64,000 nucleotides of DNA from Parcubacteria group bacterium M6-OD1-4 (GCA_003056205.1 LSNS01000004.1:55870-119869); one strand, 5' to 3'; counted from the stretch's first letter, positions 48,204 through 59,069 are shown. Program-made: numbers and translations. The notes: a model not told the origin generated them from the letters alone.

Positions 48204-50903
48204 CTACTTAGCTATAGTAACACTAAGTCGAGCAAACGCCAAGAAAATAAAACTAAAAGCAATAATCATAATAATTGGAGCAATTATTGATAAATAATTT
48301 CTGTGACGAGGTCGGAAGTACTTCAATAACAAAGAATTACTAACAACCGAGACTGAACTGAGGGCCATGGCTAAACCGGCTAATTCTGGATTTAAGACTA
48401 AACCAAAAGAAATAAAAATTCGCGCGGCAATCGGGATACCAATCGCATTATAGAATAGGGCAAAAAACATATTTTGTTTCACTTTCGCAATAGTTTCTTT
48501 GGAAAGTTCAATGGCGGTAATAACATCATTGAGATTACTCTTGATAATCACCATCCCACCAGCTTCCATAGCAACATCAGTTCCATTTCCCATCGCAATA
48601 CCTAAATTGGCTTGAGCTAAAGCGGGAGCATCATTAATTCCATCACCGACCATCGCCACTCTTTGACCATTAGCTTGAATTTTCTTAATCGCCTTCGCTT
48701 TTTCTTCTGGCAAAACATTAGCGAAAACTTGAGTAATATTGACTTGTTTAGCGACCGCTTGTGCGGTTCGTTCATTATCACCAGTAATCATATAAACTAG
48801 CAAACCCATTTTTTGTAAATGAGCAATAGTTTCACGAGAGCTTTTTTTAATGATATCGGCCACCGCCACCGCTCCAATCAATTCTTGAGAGGAAGCTAAA
48901 AGCATCACTGTTTTACCCTGTTCTTCGAGCTTGGTAATTTGCTGAGTAACCTTCTCAACCTCCGAACTCAAAGTACTCATTAATCGCCGATTACCAAAAG
49001 AATATTGTCGACCATTAATTTCACCAATAACGCCCTGCCCGGGGATGGCTTTAAAATTATTAACTGCTTCCAAAGTTAATTTTTTCTTTTGGCTATGATT
49101 ATAAATAGCCTCAGCTAAAGGATGTTCGGAGAGTTTTTCTAAACTACCAACCAGACTCAGAATTTCATCTTCATTTTTTGAGCCAAAAGAAATAATCTCA
49201 GTTACGTCTGGCTTCCCTTCGGTAAGAGTGCCAGTTTTATCAAAAACAATTGCTTGAATTTTGCAAGCTTCCTCTAGCGGTCCACCACCTTTAATTAAAA
49301 TACCTTTTTCCGCCCCTCGTCCAGTTCCAACCATAATTGCTGTCGGTGTTGCTAGACCTAAAGCACAAGGACAAGCAATAACAATCACGGCGGTGAAGGC
49401 CATTAAAGCAAAAGTTAAACTAGCTCCTAATAAAAAATACCATACTAGAAAAGTGACAATGGCCGAGCCAATCACAACGGGAACAAAGACGGCGGCAATC
49501 TTGTCGGCAAAACCCTGAATGGGCGCTTTAGAACCCTGGGCTTCCTCCACTAAACGAATAATCTGCGCTAGAGTAGTTTCGGAACCGACTCGGGTTGCTT
49601 GAAATTCAAAACTACCAGTTTTATTAATAGCCGCTCCAATAACTTTATCGCCAACCTTTTTCTCTACTGGAATACTTTCGCCAGTGATCATTGATTCATT
49701 AACAGTTGAATTTCCCTTGGTAATTCGCCCATCAACAGGAATTTTTTCTCCGGGACGAACGACCACAATATCGCCCTCCACAACTTCTTCCACCGGAATA
49801 TCCTGAGTCTGCCCCTGACGAATAACGCGAGCAGTCTTCGCCTGCAAACCCATTAATTTTTTAATAGAATCTGAAGTTTTGCCCTTAGCACTAGTTTCTA
49901 ACCATTTACCCAGAATAACAAAGGTAATTAAAAAGGCGGCCGTCTCAAAATATAATTCTGGAATTTTAGCCCCATTTAGACCAATTAAAGAATGAGTCTG
50001 AACAACATAGATTATATAGTAGGCTAAACTATAAAAGTAAGCCGTAGAAGTACCAATCGCTACCAGGCTATCCATATTAAAGGTCTTCATTCGTAAACCA
50101 GCCCACATTCCTTTATAAAAGTTAGCTCCAATAATGAATTGTACGGGAGTAACTAAAATTAAAGAAATAATGCCGAAATAAGGAGGTAAGATACTCGCTC
50201 CAGGCAACCATTTAAAGAAATCCAGAAGCATGAAATAGAATAATGGCAAACTCAAAATCAAACTAAAAATGAATTTCTGCCAATAGTCTTTAATTTCTGC
50301 TGCCCGTTTATTAGTTTCAAATTCGGGATCTTTACTGTCAGGAATTTCAGCTTCATAACCAGCAGTTTTAATAGCTTGTATTAAATCAGGAATTTTAACT
50401 TCAGATTTATCAAAGAGAATAGAAGCTTTTTCGGATGAAAAATTAACGTTACCTTCTTTAACACCAGGTAATTTTTTCAGAGAACGTTCAATAATATTGG
50501 CACAAGAAGCACAATGCATGCCACTCAACGAAAGCATAACACGTTGATTTTGCTGACCTTGCTGAGAACTTAATTTTGATTTCGGAGATGAATCAGTGAC
50601 CGCGGGGTTTTCTTGATCTTTTGAACTATCCAACACTGCTAATTGACGACGATCTAAAGTTTGAGCAGTAGCTTCTGCCCCCTCAACTCTAATATTCTCA
50701 ATCGTATAGCCCGCCTGTTCCACGGCTGAAAAGATATTACTTTTAATTGACTTGTTAAATTTGCTAATAACAAATTCCACTTGATTACTTCGATCGATGA
50801 TTTGAAGATCTTGAAGACCTGCTATTGAAGTTAACTTTTGATGAAGCCCTTCGTCAAAAGACGAGCCTAACCGGCCCTTAATTTTTAAATATATCTTAGG
50901 CAT
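48204..50903 (-). CDS. copA: Copper-translocating P1B-type ATPase
   Basis: 899 aa. HMA domain [14 protein letters not shown] motif, DKTGTLT and GDGINDAP. Carries an extra N-terminal HMA-like domain lacking CxxC. Confidence 0.9.
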   Translation of the reverse strand: MPKIYLKIKGRLGSSFDEGLHQKLTSIAGLQDLQIIDRSNQVEFVISKFNKSIKSNIFSAVEQAGYTIENIRVEGAEATAQTLDRRQLAVLDSSKDQENPAVTDSSPKSKLSSQQGQQNQRVMLSLSGMHCASCANIIERSLKKLPGVKEGNVNFSSEKASILFDKSEVKIPDLIQAIKTAGYEAEIPDSKDPEFETNKRAAEIKDYWQKFIFSLILSLPLFYFMLLDFFKWLPGASILPPYFGIISLILVTPVQFIIGANFYKGMWAGLRMKTFNMDSLVAIGTSTAYFYSLAYYIIYVVQTHSLIGLNGAKIPELYFETAAFLITFVILGKWLETSAKGKTSDSIKKLMGLQAKTARVIRQGQTQDIPVEEVVEGDIVVVRPGEKIPVDGRITKGNSTVNESMITGESIPVEKKVGDKVIGAAINKTGSFEFQATRVGSETTLAQIIRLVEEAQGSKAPIQGFADKIAAVFVPVVIGSAIVTFLVWYFLLGASLTFALMAFTAVIVIACPCALGLATPTAIMVGTGRGAEKGILIKGGGPLEEACKIQAIVFDKTGTLTEGKPDVTEIISFGSKNEDEILSLVGSLEKLSEHPLAEAIYNHSQKKKLTLEAVNNFKAIPGQGVIGEINGRQYSFGNRRLMSTLSSEVEKVTQQITKLEEQGKTVMLLASSQELIGAVAVADIIKKSSRETIAHLQKMGLLVYMITGDNERTAQAVAKQVNITQVFANVLPEEKAKAIKKIQANGQRVAMVGDGINDAPALAQANLGIAMGNGTDVAMEAGGMVIIKSNLNDVITAIELSKETIAKVKQNMFFALFYNAIGIPIAARIFISFGLVLNPELAGLAMALSSVSVVSNSLLLKYFRPRHRNYLSIIAPIIMIIAFSFIFLAFARLSVTIAK

Positions 50904-50927
50904 ATTTTTATTAAATTTGGTGATGAA

Positions 50928-51134
50928 TTAATTAGACTCAGCTTGATAATCAGTATCCTCTAGAGCCTTATTAATTTCTTCTAAATTGACTTCACGGCTG
51001 GCCTCAATATTAGCCACGCCACTTTTAAGGTCAACTTGAACAGCAGAGACGCCCTCAATTTTACTAATTTCCTGCTCGCTAGTTCGCACGCAACCCTCAC
51101 AAGAGAGCCCGTTTAATTTAAACTTTATATTCAT
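50928..51134 (-). CDS. copZ: Copper chaperone CopZ (HMA domain)
   Basis: 68 aa. GLSCEGC metal-binding motif. Confidence 0.8.
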   Translation of the reverse strand: MNIKFKLNGLSCEGCVRTSEQEISKIEGVSAVQVDLKSGVANIEASREVNLEEINKALEDTDYQAESN

Positions 51135-51311
51135 ATGAAATTAAATTAAAAATTAATTAAATTATTATTAAATGCAGTCTTAATATAACACCAAACATCT
51201 CACTATTCAATAGCGAACAGAATATTAACAATGGGGATTAGCTATTTATTAGTCTTGAAAATTAAATCTCTTCCCTACTAAATAATAATGAGATATAAAT
51301 ATATCTAAAAA

Positions 51312-52076
51312 TTAATTTGAAGGAGTGGGATGGAAATGAGAAGAAAATTGTGTTTGTCGGAAAAATCCCCGCCCCGAATGAACAGTTTTAATAGTTATAG
51401 CCTGAAATTTATTAAATCGACCATTAATTGAACTCTGACCAATTAGAAAAACAGATTGACCAACTTTCAAGATTGAGGAAGAAGTATTAGATGCGGGAAG
51501 AATAATTTGCCAGGTTTGTCCCCGAGGATCAATAATATTAAAGCTCTGATCAATGTTTTTAGAAGAAATCACACCCACTAAGCGACCTTCGTCAGGATCA
51601 AACCAAAAAACTAACTGACGATTAATTACCGTACTATAAAAAGGCACTTGTCCACTAACCCGATCATCAATTCTAGAGCCCAAACCAATAGAAAAAAAAG
51701 TAATACCGAGAATAATACTAACCAAGATGGAGGCCCCAATAATCTGCCACGGAGGATAACGATAAGCTTTCGAAGTGTGCTGTAAGTTATAAGATAAAAT
51801 AAAAAGAAATATTCCTAAAAAAATAAACCAAAAATAAGGGAGAGTGAGAAGTAGAAAATGGCTTAAACTCTGATGCATCTCCAAGTGTAATTCCCAGCCA
51901 CTGTATTCTACAAAATAAATCATGACGGAAATAGCCGCCGCTCCAATTAACAAAGAAATTAAACCACTACCCCAAACAACATATTTTTTTAATAAAAAAT
52001 GCCAACGAGGATAAGGACTAATCTTTTTATCTTTAATTTTTTCTACTAATCTTTTATCAAAATCATTAAATTCCAT
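51312..52076 (-). CDS. Membrane protein, putative anti-sigma factor of the upstream ECF sigma
   Basis: 254 aa. Cytoplasmic N-terminus, then TM segments. Immediately downstream of the ECF sigma gene with a 4-nt gap. Assignment is by position only. Confidence 0.3.
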   Translation of the reverse strand: MEFNDFDKRLVEKIKDKKISPYPRWHFLLKKYVVWGSGLISLLIGAAAISVMIYFVEYSGWELHLEMHQSLSHFLLLTLPYFWFIFLGIFLFILSYNLQHTSKAYRYPPWQIIGASILVSIILGITFFSIGLGSRIDDRVSGQVPFYSTVINRQLVFWFDPDEGRLVGVISSKNIDQSFNIIDPRGQTWQIILPASNTSSSILKVGQSVFLIGQSSINGRFNKFQAITIKTVHSGRGFFRQTQFSSHFHPTPSN

Positions 52077-52080
52077 ATAT

Positions 52081-52665
52081 TTATAAAATAATTTTTGTTT
52101 TGGTGAGTTCTGTGCGAAACTCTCGTTTAGCTCTATTAATTAAGGAGGCAACGGTACCCAGCGGTCTTTTAATAATATCAGAGATTTCTCGATAATTTTT
52201 TTCTTCCAAAAACTTAAGAATGAGAACTTCACGATATTTTTTAGGTAAACTATTTAAAATTTTAAAAATATTAGTTCTCAAAATTTTGAGATCAACAGAC
52301 CCAATAATATCAATATCAGTAGCTAAATTACGGGTTAAATTCTCATCCAAATTCACTTGATAGCCTTCAGGACGAGCCTGTAATTTACGATGTTGACTAA
52401 TCACTTCATTATGAACAATACGGTAGATCCAGGAAGAAAATTTTAAATCATTTTTAAAGGCATTAAGATTTAAATAAACCTTAATAAAAACATCCTGAAG
52501 AATATCTTCAGCATCTTCTAAACTAATATTAGTTAAACGACGAATATAGATCAATAAACGATTCTGATAGCGATTAACTAAATACAAAAAATTGTCTTGA
52601 TTTTTCAAGCTTAGTTTAACTAATTCCTCATCACGAGCATGGTCTAAATCTTTAGTAATAGGCAT
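52081..52665 (-). CDS. RNA polymerase sigma-70 factor, ECF subfamily
   Basis: 194 aa. Region 2 (DILQDVFIKVY...FSSWIYRIVHN) and region 4 (YREVLILKFLEEKNYREISDII...GTV). Confidence 0.8.
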   Translation of the reverse strand: MPITKDLDHARDEELVKLSLKNQDNFLYLVNRYQNRLLIYIRRLTNISLEDAEDILQDVFIKVYLNLNAFKNDLKFSSWIYRIVHNEVISQHRKLQARPEGYQVNLDENLTRNLATDIDIIGSVDLKILRTNIFKILNSLPKKYREVLILKFLEEKNYREISDIIKRPLGTVASLINRAKREFRTELTKTKIIL

Positions 52666-52736
52666 ATCATCATTATATCATGTTAATAATCAAGAAGAAT
52701 AATTAATTCATCACAGAAGAACTTCTTAATAGAAAA

Positions 52737-53084
52737 TTAACCAATATTTACTTGGGGGATCTTATTCCTAATCTGAAATTTTAATTGTTGAGAGATGGCA
52801 ATCGCTCGATCATAGTTACCAGAGCGAGCAGCCTGACGGGCCTCTAAGAAAGTATTAAAATCATTTTGACTGAGTTTAGCATAGGTCTGATTATGTTGGA
52901 GAACGATAGCTTTCCAAGAATGATAATCACGATTTTCAAAGGCCACCAGAATTTTTTCTTCTTTACTAGGAGTTTCTTGATCAATTTTATTCCGAGAATT
53001 AAGACGATAATTTGTATAAAGACCAGCGGAGAGAATAACAGTTAAAATAGCAATACTGATTGCGGCCTGTTTATATTTTTGCAT
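52737..53084 (-). CDS. Small hypothetical membrane-anchored protein
   Basis: 115-aa ORF with an N-terminal TM. Confidence 0.3.
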   Translation of the reverse strand: MQKYKQAAISIAILTVILSAGLYTNYRLNSRNKIDQETPSKEEKILVAFENRDYHSWKAIVLQHNQTYAKLSQNDFNTFLEARQAARSGNYDRAIAISQQLKFQIRNKIPQVNIG

Positions 53085-53204
53085 ATTATTAGGCTGTTAA
53101 TTTATATTTGTGAGCTCTCACCTAATAATACGTCGCCATATTTAATTTTCTTCCATTTTTCTATTCACCAAGAATATTAGATTGTCAGTTGAAAAATCTT
53201 TAAA

Positions 53205-54014
53205 TCATTTTCGCCAAGGCCATAAAATTAAAAATGATAAAGAGAAGTGTAAGAGAGAAATTAATAAAACATAAATATAAATGGGAAGCAATTTAATTAA
53301 AAAATGAGTAAAATTGAGAAAATAAATTGTCAAATCTCCATGAACCAGCAAAGCTAAAGTATTTAGTAGTAGAAGAATAATAATAATTGTTAAGCCACCC
53401 CGTCCAGCACCACGCAAGTCTTCTCGGCTAGGGGCAAGATGGGAGGCAATGGCAAAAGAAATATAAAGAAAAATCCAAAAACCAAAATGATGTAAATTAG
53501 CACTGGAGAATAATAAACTCAAAGATTTTCCAAGACCGGAAATTAATAAAGGAATAGAAATCTGCTGAAATGATAATTGATTAAATATTTCTTGACCCTG
53601 CGGAACTAAAATGACAAGTAATAAGGCTAAAAGTAAAGGCCCAAAAATTAAAGGGGCTAAACCAATAAAAAAATTACCAATATTTTGATAAAGATTTCGA
53701 GATCGGTAAGTATGATTAACATGCCCTAATTCTCCAGTCTGAGGATTTGGAGAGAATAAAGCAATATCTGTAATTCGATGTTTAAATAATAAAGCAAAAA
53801 AAGCATGTCCGTATTCATGAACTGGTGTCCCAAGCCACGCCGTCCATAATATTCCCCGCCAACCAACTGAACGGCTATAATTTTTTAAAGTGACCCGTTG
53901 AATCTCTGCTAAGATAAACCCCAATAAGAAAAAAATTCCTAAGATAGAAACAATCTGGATAAAGGTAATTTGAATAACTTGAACAAGAAAATTAAGCATA
54001 GATAAATTTCTCAA
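53205..54014 (-). CDS. Polytopic membrane HExxH zinc metalloprotease (S2P/M50-like?)
   Basis: 269 aa. VHEYGHAF motif within or adjacent to a TM helix, and at least 6 TM segments. Confidence 0.4.
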   Translation of the reverse strand: MRNLSMLNFLVQVIQITFIQIVSILGIFFLLGFILAEIQRVTLKNYSRSVGWRGILWTAWLGTPVHEYGHAFFALLFKHRITDIALFSPNPQTGELGHVNHTYRSRNLYQNIGNFFIGLAPLIFGPLLLALLLVILVPQGQEIFNQLSFQQISIPLLISGLGKSLSLLFSSANLHHFGFWIFLYISFAIASHLAPSREDLRGAGRGGLTIIIILLLLNTLALLVHGDLTIYFLNFTHFLIKLLPIYIYVLLISLLHFSLSFLILWPWRK

Positions 54015-54082
54015 TAAAATTTAATAAAATAAAAACAAATAGACAGTTAATTAATTTACTTTATTAATAATAAATAATTATC

Positions 54083-54661
54083 TTAATTAATAATTTTTAT
54101 TATTTCCTGAGCCCAATATTGTAAATCATCATTAAGAGGGCTTTGTTTCCAATTAGCTTGTAGGGCAATAATTACCTTTAAATAGTGATTCAGTGTTAGT
54201 TCTTTGCTAGCATAAAAACGAGCAAATACCAGGTCACCATATCTTTGATAATCATCAATAATCTCACTAACGTTAGAAATAATATCTCCAGATTTAAGAA
54301 GTAAGGATTCGTGAGAAAAACTGCTAATATCTCGCAAAGCTTCAGTTTTTCTTTTTTTCCAAGATAATTTTTTATCTTTTTCAGTAACACTCCAGACCAA
54401 ATCAGCCACCTTATCTCCAAAACGCTCAGTAATCATCTTTAAATTAACTTTCTTCTCTGGTAAACTATCTTCTATTGTGTCATGCAAGATACCAGCGATA
54501 ACAACTTCTTCAGAGGCATGCGCCTGAGAAAGAATAATACCAACAGTTAGAGGGTGAGTAATGTAAGCAATATCTTTACCTTTTCTTTTTTGCTTTTGAT
54601 AAAGCTCATGAGTTTTAATAGCAAATTTAATAGCCTGTTTAATTTTAACTGTGTAAACCAT
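54083..54661 (-). CDS. HD-domain phosphohydrolase
   Basis: 192 aa. H...HD motif (ITHPLTV...GILHDTIED). Confidence 0.7.
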   Translation of the reverse strand: MVYTVKIKQAIKFAIKTHELYQKQKRKGKDIAYITHPLTVGIILSQAHASEEVVIAGILHDTIEDSLPEKKVNLKMITERFGDKVADLVWSVTEKDKKLSWKKRKTEALRDISSFSHESLLLKSGDIISNVSEIIDDYQRYGDLVFARFYASKELTLNHYLKVIIALQANWKQSPLNDDLQYWAQEIIKIIN

Positions 54662-54740
54662 AATGCTTAAATTAACCTTGGAATTAATTTTTATTACTTA
54701 GTAATTTGGTAAAAAGGCGATAATTTTATAATTTAAATAC

Positions 54741-55337
54741 TTAGTTTAACAAATTCTGAGAAGCAAAATCCCAATTAAGGAGTTTAGCAATGACTACTTC
54801 TAGAAATTCGGCCCGACGATTTTGATAATCTAGATAATAAGCATGCTCCCAAAGATCAATTGTTAATACCGGACGAAGATGATGAGCGAGCGGGGTGTCG
54901 GCATTGGCGGTTTTCATAATTTCCAGAGTTTTATTATTTTTAACTAACCACACCCAACCACTACCAAATTGACTTAAAGCTGTAGTTTTCAAGTCGTTAA
55001 CAAAATTATCAAAACTTCCGAAAGAATTATTCAATAAAGATAATAATTCCTCAGAAATCTTCATTTCTTTATTGCTCGGATGAAGACTATTCCAAAAAAA
55101 TTGATGATTAAAAATCTGAGAAGCATTGTTAAAAATGGCAACTTGCTTAAGATTGTCTTTGGTCTTCATCATAATACTCTCTAGGCTCTCCTCTTCTAAC
55201 TCAGTGCCAATAATGAGTTTATTTAATTTATTGACATAAGCTTGGTGATGTTGTCCATAGTGATATTCCATGGTTTTTGCTGAGATATAAGGCTCTAAAG
55301 CTGTTTTCTCAAACGGTAGTGGTAAAATAGTAAACAT
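54741..55337 (-). CDS. sod: Fe/Mn superoxide dismutase
   Basis: 198 aa. EYHYGQHHQAYV and DLWEHAYYLDYQNRR metal-binding motifs. Confidence 0.9.
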   Translation of the reverse strand: MFTILPLPFEKTALEPYISAKTMEYHYGQHHQAYVNKLNKLIIGTELEEESLESIMMKTKDNLKQVAIFNNASQIFNHQFFWNSLHPSNKEMKISEELLSLLNNSFGSFDNFVNDLKTTALSQFGSGWVWLVKNNKTLEIMKTANADTPLAHHLRPVLTIDLWEHAYYLDYQNRRAEFLEVVIAKLLNWDFASQNLLN

Positions 55338-55359
55338 ATACTTTAATTAAATTTATTAA

Positions 55360-55773
55360 TTAGTTTTTTGTTTTCGATTTCTCTGCTAAATATTTTTTTA
55401 ATAACTTAATATCCCTAAAATCTTTTTTCCGGCCTAAAGCTTGTTTGAACTCAATTGTTTTTTGAATATTGAGAAAAGAGAAATTATGAATAATATCCGC
55501 CGTGATAATGGCCACGCTAATTGTAACAGGATAAGCTTCCCAATCTAATTGACTAATTATTTCTACTCCAGGGGAATTGAGGAATAATCGATGATATTTA
55601 GTTTTCTGCTGATATTTGCCAGAAGTAATTAACTTTTTCAACAATTTCGCACTAACAGCTATATCTAAATCATGAGCTTCTCTAATTCCTCGAGCCGCCA
55701 AGGGTCCGCTACCAACGACAACATACTCCCCAAGGGGAAAACTTAACTCTTCAAGTTTTTTAAAAATATTCAT
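55360..55773 (-). CDS. Minimal nucleotidyltransferase-domain protein (KNTase/MNT-like)
   Basis: 137 aa. GSGPLAARG...DLDIAV (GS...DxD NTase motif). No HEPN partner visible. Confidence 0.5.
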   Translation of the reverse strand: MNIFKKLEELSFPLGEYVVVGSGPLAARGIREAHDLDIAVSAKLLKKLITSGKYQQKTKYHRLFLNSPGVEIISQLDWEAYPVTISVAIITADIIHNFSFLNIQKTIEFKQALGRKKDFRDIKLLKKYLAEKSKTKN

Positions 55774-55846
55774 CTACTAGAAGTATAACGGAAAATGAGA
55801 ATTTTAAAAAGAAAAAAGACTAAATCTGATTTAGTCTTTTATAAGG

Positions 55847-55917
55847 CACGGGATGAGGGAATCGAACCCCCGCTAGAAGTTTTGGAGACTCCTGTACTGC
55901 CACTATACGAATCCCGC
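55847..55917 (-). tRNA. tRNA-Trp (anticodon CCA)
   Basis: Reverse complement gcgggattcgtatagtggcagtacaggagtctccaaaacttctagcgggggttcgattccctcatcccgt-g. Anticodon stem ggagt/acttc with loop ctCCAaa. Confidence 0.8.
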
Positions 55918-55987
55918 AAAAATTTCGGCGGCAATTAAAAATTAAAGCAGTCGAAATTTAAGTTTTCTTTTTTAATTATTTCTTTCA

Positions 55988-56129
55988 TTATTCTTCCCCA
56001 ACCATTCCTTCTTTCTTGATTTGCATTTCCTGACCACAGCAAATCAAGGTTCCACCTCCGTCTTTCTCAAATTTAACTTCATTCCCACAAACGGAACAAA
56101 AATAAATTTTTCCTAAACGATTACTCATA
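55988..56129 (-). CDS. Desulforedoxin-like small Cys4 protein (absent from the ORF track)
   Basis: Manual minus-strand translation MSNRLGKIYFCSVCGNEVKFEKDGGGTLICCGQEMQIKKEGMVGEE. The CxxCGN...GGGTLxCCGxxM pattern is the desulforedoxin fold. Confidence 0.55.
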
Positions 56130-56159
56130 TATTTAGATCCTTAATTAATAAGTCTTTTT

Positions 56160-56699
56160 TTAATAAGTCTCAATCCAAATCTCAAAATAAGATTGGGGAT
56201 GACTACAAGCTGGGCAAACCTTTGGTGGTTCAGTTCCTTCGTAAATATAACCACAATTTAAACATTTCCATTTTTTAACTTCTGCTCTTTTAAAGACCTG
56301 ACCACCTTGAACATTGTCTAATAATTTCTGATAACGTAACTGGTGTCCTTTCTCTGCTTGACCGACCTCAGTAAACAATCGAGCAAGCTCTTCGTGCCCT
56401 TCCTCAAGAGCTTCTTTCGCCATTCGGGGATACATTTCACTATTTTCATAAAGTTCACCTTTAATCGCTGCCGTTAAATTAGCTTCTAAATCACCAATTA
56501 AATCTAAATGTTTCGCCCAAATTTTAGCATGTTCTTTTTCATTTAAAGCGGTTTCCTTAAAAATATTAGAAATTTGCTCATAGCCTGCCTTCTTAGCAAC
56601 AGAAGCAAAATAATCATATTTATTGCGAGCCATTGATTCGCCGGCAAAAGCATCTTCCAAATTCTTTTTTGTTTTTGGTCCTAACATATTATTATTCAT
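56160..56699 (-). CDS. rbr: Rubrerythrin
   Basis: 179 aa. Ferritin-like diiron motifs (ExxH) plus a C-terminal rubredoxin-like CxxC...CxxC (KCLNCG...CPAC). Confidence 0.85.
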   Translation of the reverse strand: MNNNMLGPKTKKNLEDAFAGESMARNKYDYFASVAKKAGYEQISNIFKETALNEKEHAKIWAKHLDLIGDLEANLTAAIKGELYENSEMYPRMAKEALEEGHEELARLFTEVGQAEKGHQLRYQKLLDNVQGGQVFKRAEVKKWKCLNCGYIYEGTEPPKVCPACSHPQSYFEIWIETY

Positions 56700-56732
56700 T
56701 AATTATTTAAATTCTAAATTTTGTTTTTGAAA

Positions 56733-57809
56733 TTATTTACTTAAAGATCGATGTAAATCATCTTTAAATTCCATTTTATAGATATGCAAAACAGTCACCG
56801 TTAAAGCCACCACTAAAGGACCTAAAATTACCCCCCAAAAACCAAAAACACCAATACCTCCTAAAATAGAGAGAAGAACAAAAATTGGATTGATTTCGGC
56901 TTCATCTTTAATCATATAGGCTCGGACGATATTATCAACTGTACTAATAATTAACATCCCCCATAAGAGAATAAAAATGCCTTGCCAAATATCACCAATT
57001 AACAGATAAAAAACAGCCATTGGTAGATAAAATATCGTTGAACCTAGTGGTAAAAAAGAAAATAAAGTGACTAAAATACCTGCTAAGAGTGGCGGAAAAC
57101 CAACAATTCCAAAACCAATTGCTCCCACTATTCCCTGAGCTGCTGCTGAAGCAAAATTAGATAAGAAAGTAGAACGACTCACCACCTGAAACTTATGGAA
57201 TAATTCATCATTATATTTCTGAGGCCAAGGAGTTAAAGCCATTAGTTGTTTTAACATCTTCTTGCCATCCACAAAGAAGAAATACATCGTGACAATGATA
57301 ATTAATAGAGAAATAACAAAATCAGTTGTGCTCTTTAATAATATACTTGCTCCCGACAGTAACCAATTGCTAGATTGTTTCAAAATGCTTAAAACGGTAT
57401 TTTGGAAAGTACTATTATCTAAGTTATAAGTATTGAGATGTAAATAACGTAAAACACCACGATTCAGAAAATCAATCTTCAATAAATCATTAACCGTATG
57501 GCTATTAAAAAAATTAACCGTAATATTATAAGCGCTAATAGATTGCCCACCAGCGTAAGCAATAAATTTGATTGTTGGCAAAATTATTAGCACCAATAAT
57601 AATAAACACATCAAAACTGCTGCGAGCTGACGACGTCCACGTAAAAATTTTGTAAAACGAACATAAGGAGTATAAAACACTGAAACCATAATTGCGGCGA
57701 CAAAAATCTCCGTTAAAAACGGCTTAAAAATTAAGTAACAAGCAACCAGTACAACAGCAACAAGAACTAAAATAAATGGTTTAGTTAAACTTTTAGACAT
57801 AGCTTTCAA
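56733..57809 (-). CDS. AI-2E family transporter (UPF0118/PerM-like permease)
   Basis: 358 aa, 8 TM segments. C-terminal GxxxG-rich region typical of the family. Confidence 0.65.
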   Translation of the reverse strand: MKAMSKSLTKPFILVLVAVVLVACYLIFKPFLTEIFVAAIMVSVFYTPYVRFTKFLRGRRQLAAVLMCLLLLVLIILPTIKFIAYAGGQSISAYNITVNFFNSHTVNDLLKIDFLNRGVLRYLHLNTYNLDNSTFQNTVLSILKQSSNWLLSGASILLKSTTDFVISLLIIIVTMYFFFVDGKKMLKQLMALTPWPQKYNDELFHKFQVVSRSTFLSNFASAAAQGIVGAIGFGIVGFPPLLAGILVTLFSFLPLGSTIFYLPMAVFYLLIGDIWQGIFILLWGMLIISTVDNIVRAYMIKDEAEINPIFVLLSILGGIGVFGFWGVILGPLVVALTVTVLHIYKMEFKDDLHRSLSK

Positions 57810-57845
57810 ATGTAACTTCGAAATACGAACAAACTAATACTAAAT

Positions 57846-57986
57846 TTACTTGGTTTCCTTATGTAAAGTATTCTTTTTACACTGCTTACAATATTTAGAT
57901 AATTCTAAACGGTTTTTCAGAATTTTCTTATTTTTACGAGAATGGTGCGTAACTGTTTTACAAATCGTACACTCCATTTTAATCAT
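57846..57986 (-). CDS. rpmG: 50S ribosomal protein L33 (absent from the ORF track)
   Basis: Manual minus-strand translation [46 protein letters not shown]. Zn-ribbon CxxC...CxxC and the RLEL.KYC..C...LHKE(T)K signature. Confidence 0.7.
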   Translation of the reverse strand: MIKMECTICKTVTHHSRKNKKILKNRLELSKYCKQCKKNTLHKETK

Positions 57987-58103
57987 ATTGTCTTGAGACA
58001 TAACAACTTGATCTTAATTAATTAATTCTTCTTGTAATTTAACAATATCTAAAAGACTGGTAAAAGTCAACTAAACTGGTAAGTTCCAAATTCTTAATTT
58101 AGC

Positions 58104-59069
58104 TTATTTCTGACAAGCTGGGCAATAAGAAGTTCCTCGTCCAGCAACCCTAGTTTTCAATAATAAAGTTCCACAATTATGACAAGCTTGTCCCGCTCGA
58201 CCATAGACTTTTAGAAGTCGAGAGAAATTTCCCTGTTTCCCCCGGGAATCAACATAAGAGTTGAAAGTAGTTCCCCGATATTTGATAGCTTGCTTAATCA
58301 AGCGATTAATTACTTGATAGAGCTTCCGTGATTCAGTAATAGTTAAAGAAGTGGCAGATCGTGTCGGCTTAATTCTCGCTCGCCACAGAGATTCATCAAC
58401 ATAAATATTTCCTAAACCAGCAACTATTCTTTGATTGAGAAGTAAAGCTTTAATTTTCATTGTTCTCCCCCGAAGTAAGTTTCTAAAAACTATTAACGAA
58501 AACTCAGAAGTCAAAGGTTCGGGGCCATAATTATTATTTAAAATATATTCTAACTCAGCCTTATTTACTAATTTTAAATAACCAAATTTGCGAAGATCAT
58601 TAAAAAATAATTGACCAGCATTCAAGAAATTAATTTGGGCTCGAGTATAATGATTAGGTAATTGACCGCCAATATTGGCGACTAAAGAATTTTCAGCAGA
58701 TTTTTTATTAACTAAGGGGTTTAAGCTATGTCCGCCAGCCAGTTTAATCTTTTTATCAAGATAAACTAATTGTCCAGTCAAGCGCAAATGAATCAGTAAA
58801 TAGTTGAAAGCATTACTATTAATCTTTAACTTTGAAGTTTTAGACAAACGAGATCTTCGTGGTAATTTATCCACAGATAAATAAAAAATCAACAACTTGC
58901 CCCGTCGTTGAATCTTTTTAATTTTTCTCCCCACTAAATTTTTGCTAAACAAAAAAACACTCGGATAAACTGATTTGGTCGAGAAAACTTTTACGGACTG
59001 AACATTTTTATTCAGTAAAAACTGATTTAAATCTTGGCAAATAGTTTCTACCTCCGGCAATTCCGGCAT
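58104..59069 (-). CDS. mutM: Formamidopyrimidine-DNA glycosylase (Fpg/Nei family)
   Basis: 321 aa. N-terminal MPELPEVE and a C-terminal zinc finger CHNCG...CPAC. Confidence 0.8.
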   Translation of the reverse strand: MPELPEVETICQDLNQFLLNKNVQSVKVFSTKSVYPSVFLFSKNLVGRKIKKIQRRGKLLIFYLSVDKLPRRSRLSKTSKLKINSNAFNYLLIHLRLTGQLVYLDKKIKLAGGHSLNPLVNKKSAENSLVANIGGQLPNHYTRAQINFLNAGQLFFNDLRKFGYLKLVNKAELEYILNNNYGPEPLTSEFSLIVFRNLLRGRTMKIKALLLNQRIVAGLGNIYVDESLWRARIKPTRSATSLTITESRKLYQVINRLIKQAIKYRGTTFNSYVDSRGKQGNFSRLLKVYGRAGQACHNCGTLLLKTRVAGRGTSYCPACQK

